A stretch of 64,000 nucleotides of DNA, taken from Marsupella aquatica (Eukaryota; Plantae; Marchantiophyta). Of the stretch, positions 61,456 to 64,000 are shown one piece after another (positions within the stretch are counted from its first letter, which is position 1; each line of letters starts with the position of its first letter). Position numbers and translations under genes: made by a program. The stretch covers positions 14,352,645 to 14,416,644 of the forward strand of contig OZ316893.1 in NCBI GenBank assembly GCA_973895155.1, in the 5' to 3' direction. The notes beneath the pieces were generated by a model. That model searched no databases and was not told where the DNA came from. It saw nothing but the letters and a program-made list of their open reading frames with translations.

Positions 61456-61861
61456 GGGGCCATAGGTTACCTTTTAGCAAATTTTTTTGGGTTACTGTGT
61501 CACAGAGCTCTCTGCCCAAACCTCCACCTGGCCGCCTTCCGGTCACCCGGGCAGAGAACGACCACGTCGATGACCGGCTGTTGCGCGAGCTCGGTTGACT
61601 CTTCGTGGTTCTGAGATGGCCCGGGCCGACCGTGTCAGAGTGGACGCAATGCCGGAATGCCCGGTTGCCTCGGGCTGGACAACGGGCTGGTGGCTCGTAT
61701 GACGAAGGCGGTCAAAGATCCCAGGTTAATCTCTCCCGTTTACCCTGAATATGCACTCATTAGCGTTCCCTTCTACGAAAGTACTTTATCCCTAGTTTAT
61801 CATTACTGTTACCATCTCTCGCAAGGAACCTACAGTAGGCTTCTCCAGCCCTGCCCGGCAT

Positions 61862-62047
61862 CAAAGTTTTTGCAGCTGCCCGAGGATCTGCAGCGGGACG
61901 ATAGACAAAATTCGCACTACCCAAAGAAGAGCACCGATAAACTAAGAGAACCCCACTATCAATTTTTGTGTGAATGCCCCCGAGTTTTCCAGCGGGACGA
62001 TGCAAAATTCGCACTATCCAGTGGAGAGCCCCGATAAACTAAGAGAA
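61862..62047. repeat. Direct duplication of ~60-100 bp
   Basis: cagcgggacgat...caaaattcgcacta....(a/g)gagc.ccgataaactaagagaa at ~61890 and ~61990. Confidence 0.75.
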
Positions 62048-64000
62048 TAAGACGCTCGATCAAAAGCCAGAAAGTCAGATTGGGGCAAGGATGGTAGAAC
62101 CCAATCCGTCTTTGCAGACTGTGTCCTGCTAGCTTGTGGAGCCCAGGACTGCTGGCCTCAGGTGGAAAAATGCTGGACCTTGATGTCGGGGTGTGTAAAA
62201 AGTTGGGCATGATTGTGGATAAAAACTGCATCTGCTGCCAGCTGCCAGCTTGGTCCAATAGCTATTTTTCTGCAATGTATTTTTTTCCTCATCTCTATTT
62301 AAGTTTTAAAAAAATGGGCAGTAAGGCTACTACCTATTAAGAAGTAATGGTGTGTTATGTATCATAGCACTGTTATATCAATCACCAAGAATAGTTTGCC
62401 CAACAACTCTCAAAAACAAAATTGTATTTGATTATGTATTTATTGAAAACTAAGAGGAGATCCTTATACCAAACCTTTGCTAAAATAGGATTTCCCAAAT
62501 ATGAGATTTATGGAAGGATCATAAATTTTATTAATTTACTGTTTATTTAAAATTTTCACCAAAAAATTAAAAGGTTCTGTTTGGGTGCCACAAGAAATTT
62601 GAGACCCTGTTTCAATTGATTCTTTGTAGGGCTGCTAGTTTAAGAGCCTCTGCTCATACTCCTCATTGTGACAGTATTTTTTGCTTTTTTAAAGCAACAG
62701 TATGCAATTGAACACCAAATGGCCACCAACGCAAAGACCAGAGGGGCATAGAGAAAAAATACCCAAAGGACAACATACACATCAACCAAGAGCCACAGCC
62801 CCCAAACCCGAGTGCCCCAAGACACCCAAAACCAGTCTAAGGCTGGAAGCGGATGAAGGTGCCCAAACACCATCATGAAATGAATCCAAAGCCCAAACAG
62901 TAGAAGGTGGTCAATGGTCTCATCCACCCTGATCAGGGGATACAAGTCCAGAACATCGACACAACCCTCCTATGTGGGTTACTCGAGAGCTATACCAAGA
63001 TTTTCAGTTGTGCTCCTAGTAGGATTTTAGTCCTTTTGACATTGGCAGGGACTCGAGATTCTTTGGCCCTTTCTAAACGTTTCCCTACTTTTCTTCCCTT
63101 CACTGGGTCAAGCTTTTGAAACTCGAGATGGGAAATACTATGCAAACTTACGAATCTGATAATTAATTATGACAAGAGAAATGAAAATCAATTGCTCAAA
63201 ATAGTAACGCCATTGCCCAATGGGCAATGGGGGAAAACTGAAAACGTGAATTAAAGTAACCACCCCATTAACTTCAAAGATTTGCAGCACGATCACACAA
63301 TTAATTCTTGAACCCTAATCTTGCAGAGTAAAAAGTTTTCTACACTAAACACTCTTAATGACATTTTAGGATCCCAAATGAGTGTTAGCTGGGCAGCCGA
63401 GTGAAAGTTCAGGTAGATGGGCAGAAACGGAGGGGTTTCCAAAATCCAGTATCCTGTAATGGCTTACTGTTGGAATGGATATGTCAGACATTAATCTCGT
63501 CTTAAAGTCAGGCTTTAATCTTGAAATTAATTGATTTTACACTCTGCCCAAGAAACAATTTCGTGTTCGCCAGATTTCCGCGTTCCTAAAAGCTTTAAAC
63601 TGTATCACCCTTTAGCCCCATGTTAACTTTCCAGTTTACTTACTACTGGTTTACCCGTCCTATAACCATTTCTCAAGTTCAATTATTTTGGTGTTTTGTT
63701 TTGGGAAGGGTGAAGGAAAACAAAGCAAATTATTCATTAATGTATGATATATTATGTCACTCTATACCTTGATATACCCAATTGTTCTCTTTGAATCACT
63801 GAGTATTATTCAGTGTATCTTATAATATTGTCACATGTTGATATACAATTACTAGAGCACCCTATCCTAAATCATTGTTATTTTTTTAATGCTAGGCATT
63901 TATTTCTATGTCTAAGGTTACAATTAGAATCATAGTTAAGGTTAATCTTAGTTATAGACTTGATTAGATTACTCATGTTAATACACTATATCCAAAAAAT

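Overview
Eukaryotic, intron-containing land-plant DNA, not prokaryotic. The long leaders and protein style suggest a bryophyte or other non-seed plant, but that is only a guess. Three intact spliced genes can be rebuilt by hand from GT-AG junctions: an SKP2-like F-box/LRR protein (+, 6927-9399, 4 exons, 462 aa), a nucleostemin/NSN1-like circularly permuted GTPase (+, 16292-18807, 8-9 exons, 516-525 aa) and a D-type cyclin with an LxCxE motif (-, 58962-57062, 6 exons, 356 aa). All three are proliferation genes. The rest is rich in transposons and repeats. A 5'-truncated, degenerate L1-type LINE (-, ~10921-15400) carries a 202-bp TIR element with an 8-bp TSD. A full-length but mutated Ty1/copia element (-, 42178-48878; 344-bp LTRs, ATTGT TSD, tRNA-iMet PBS) sits inside a long-TIR foldback element. 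There is also a Mutator-like foldback with a perfect 9-bp TSD (30420-31405), several MITEs including a recurring family with CAG(C)TTTT ends, and a ~1.5-kb tandem array of hairpin units upstream of the F-box gene. No rRNA, tRNA or CRISPR was recognised. I cannot demonstrate a wholly new biological system; the best leads are listed as findings.
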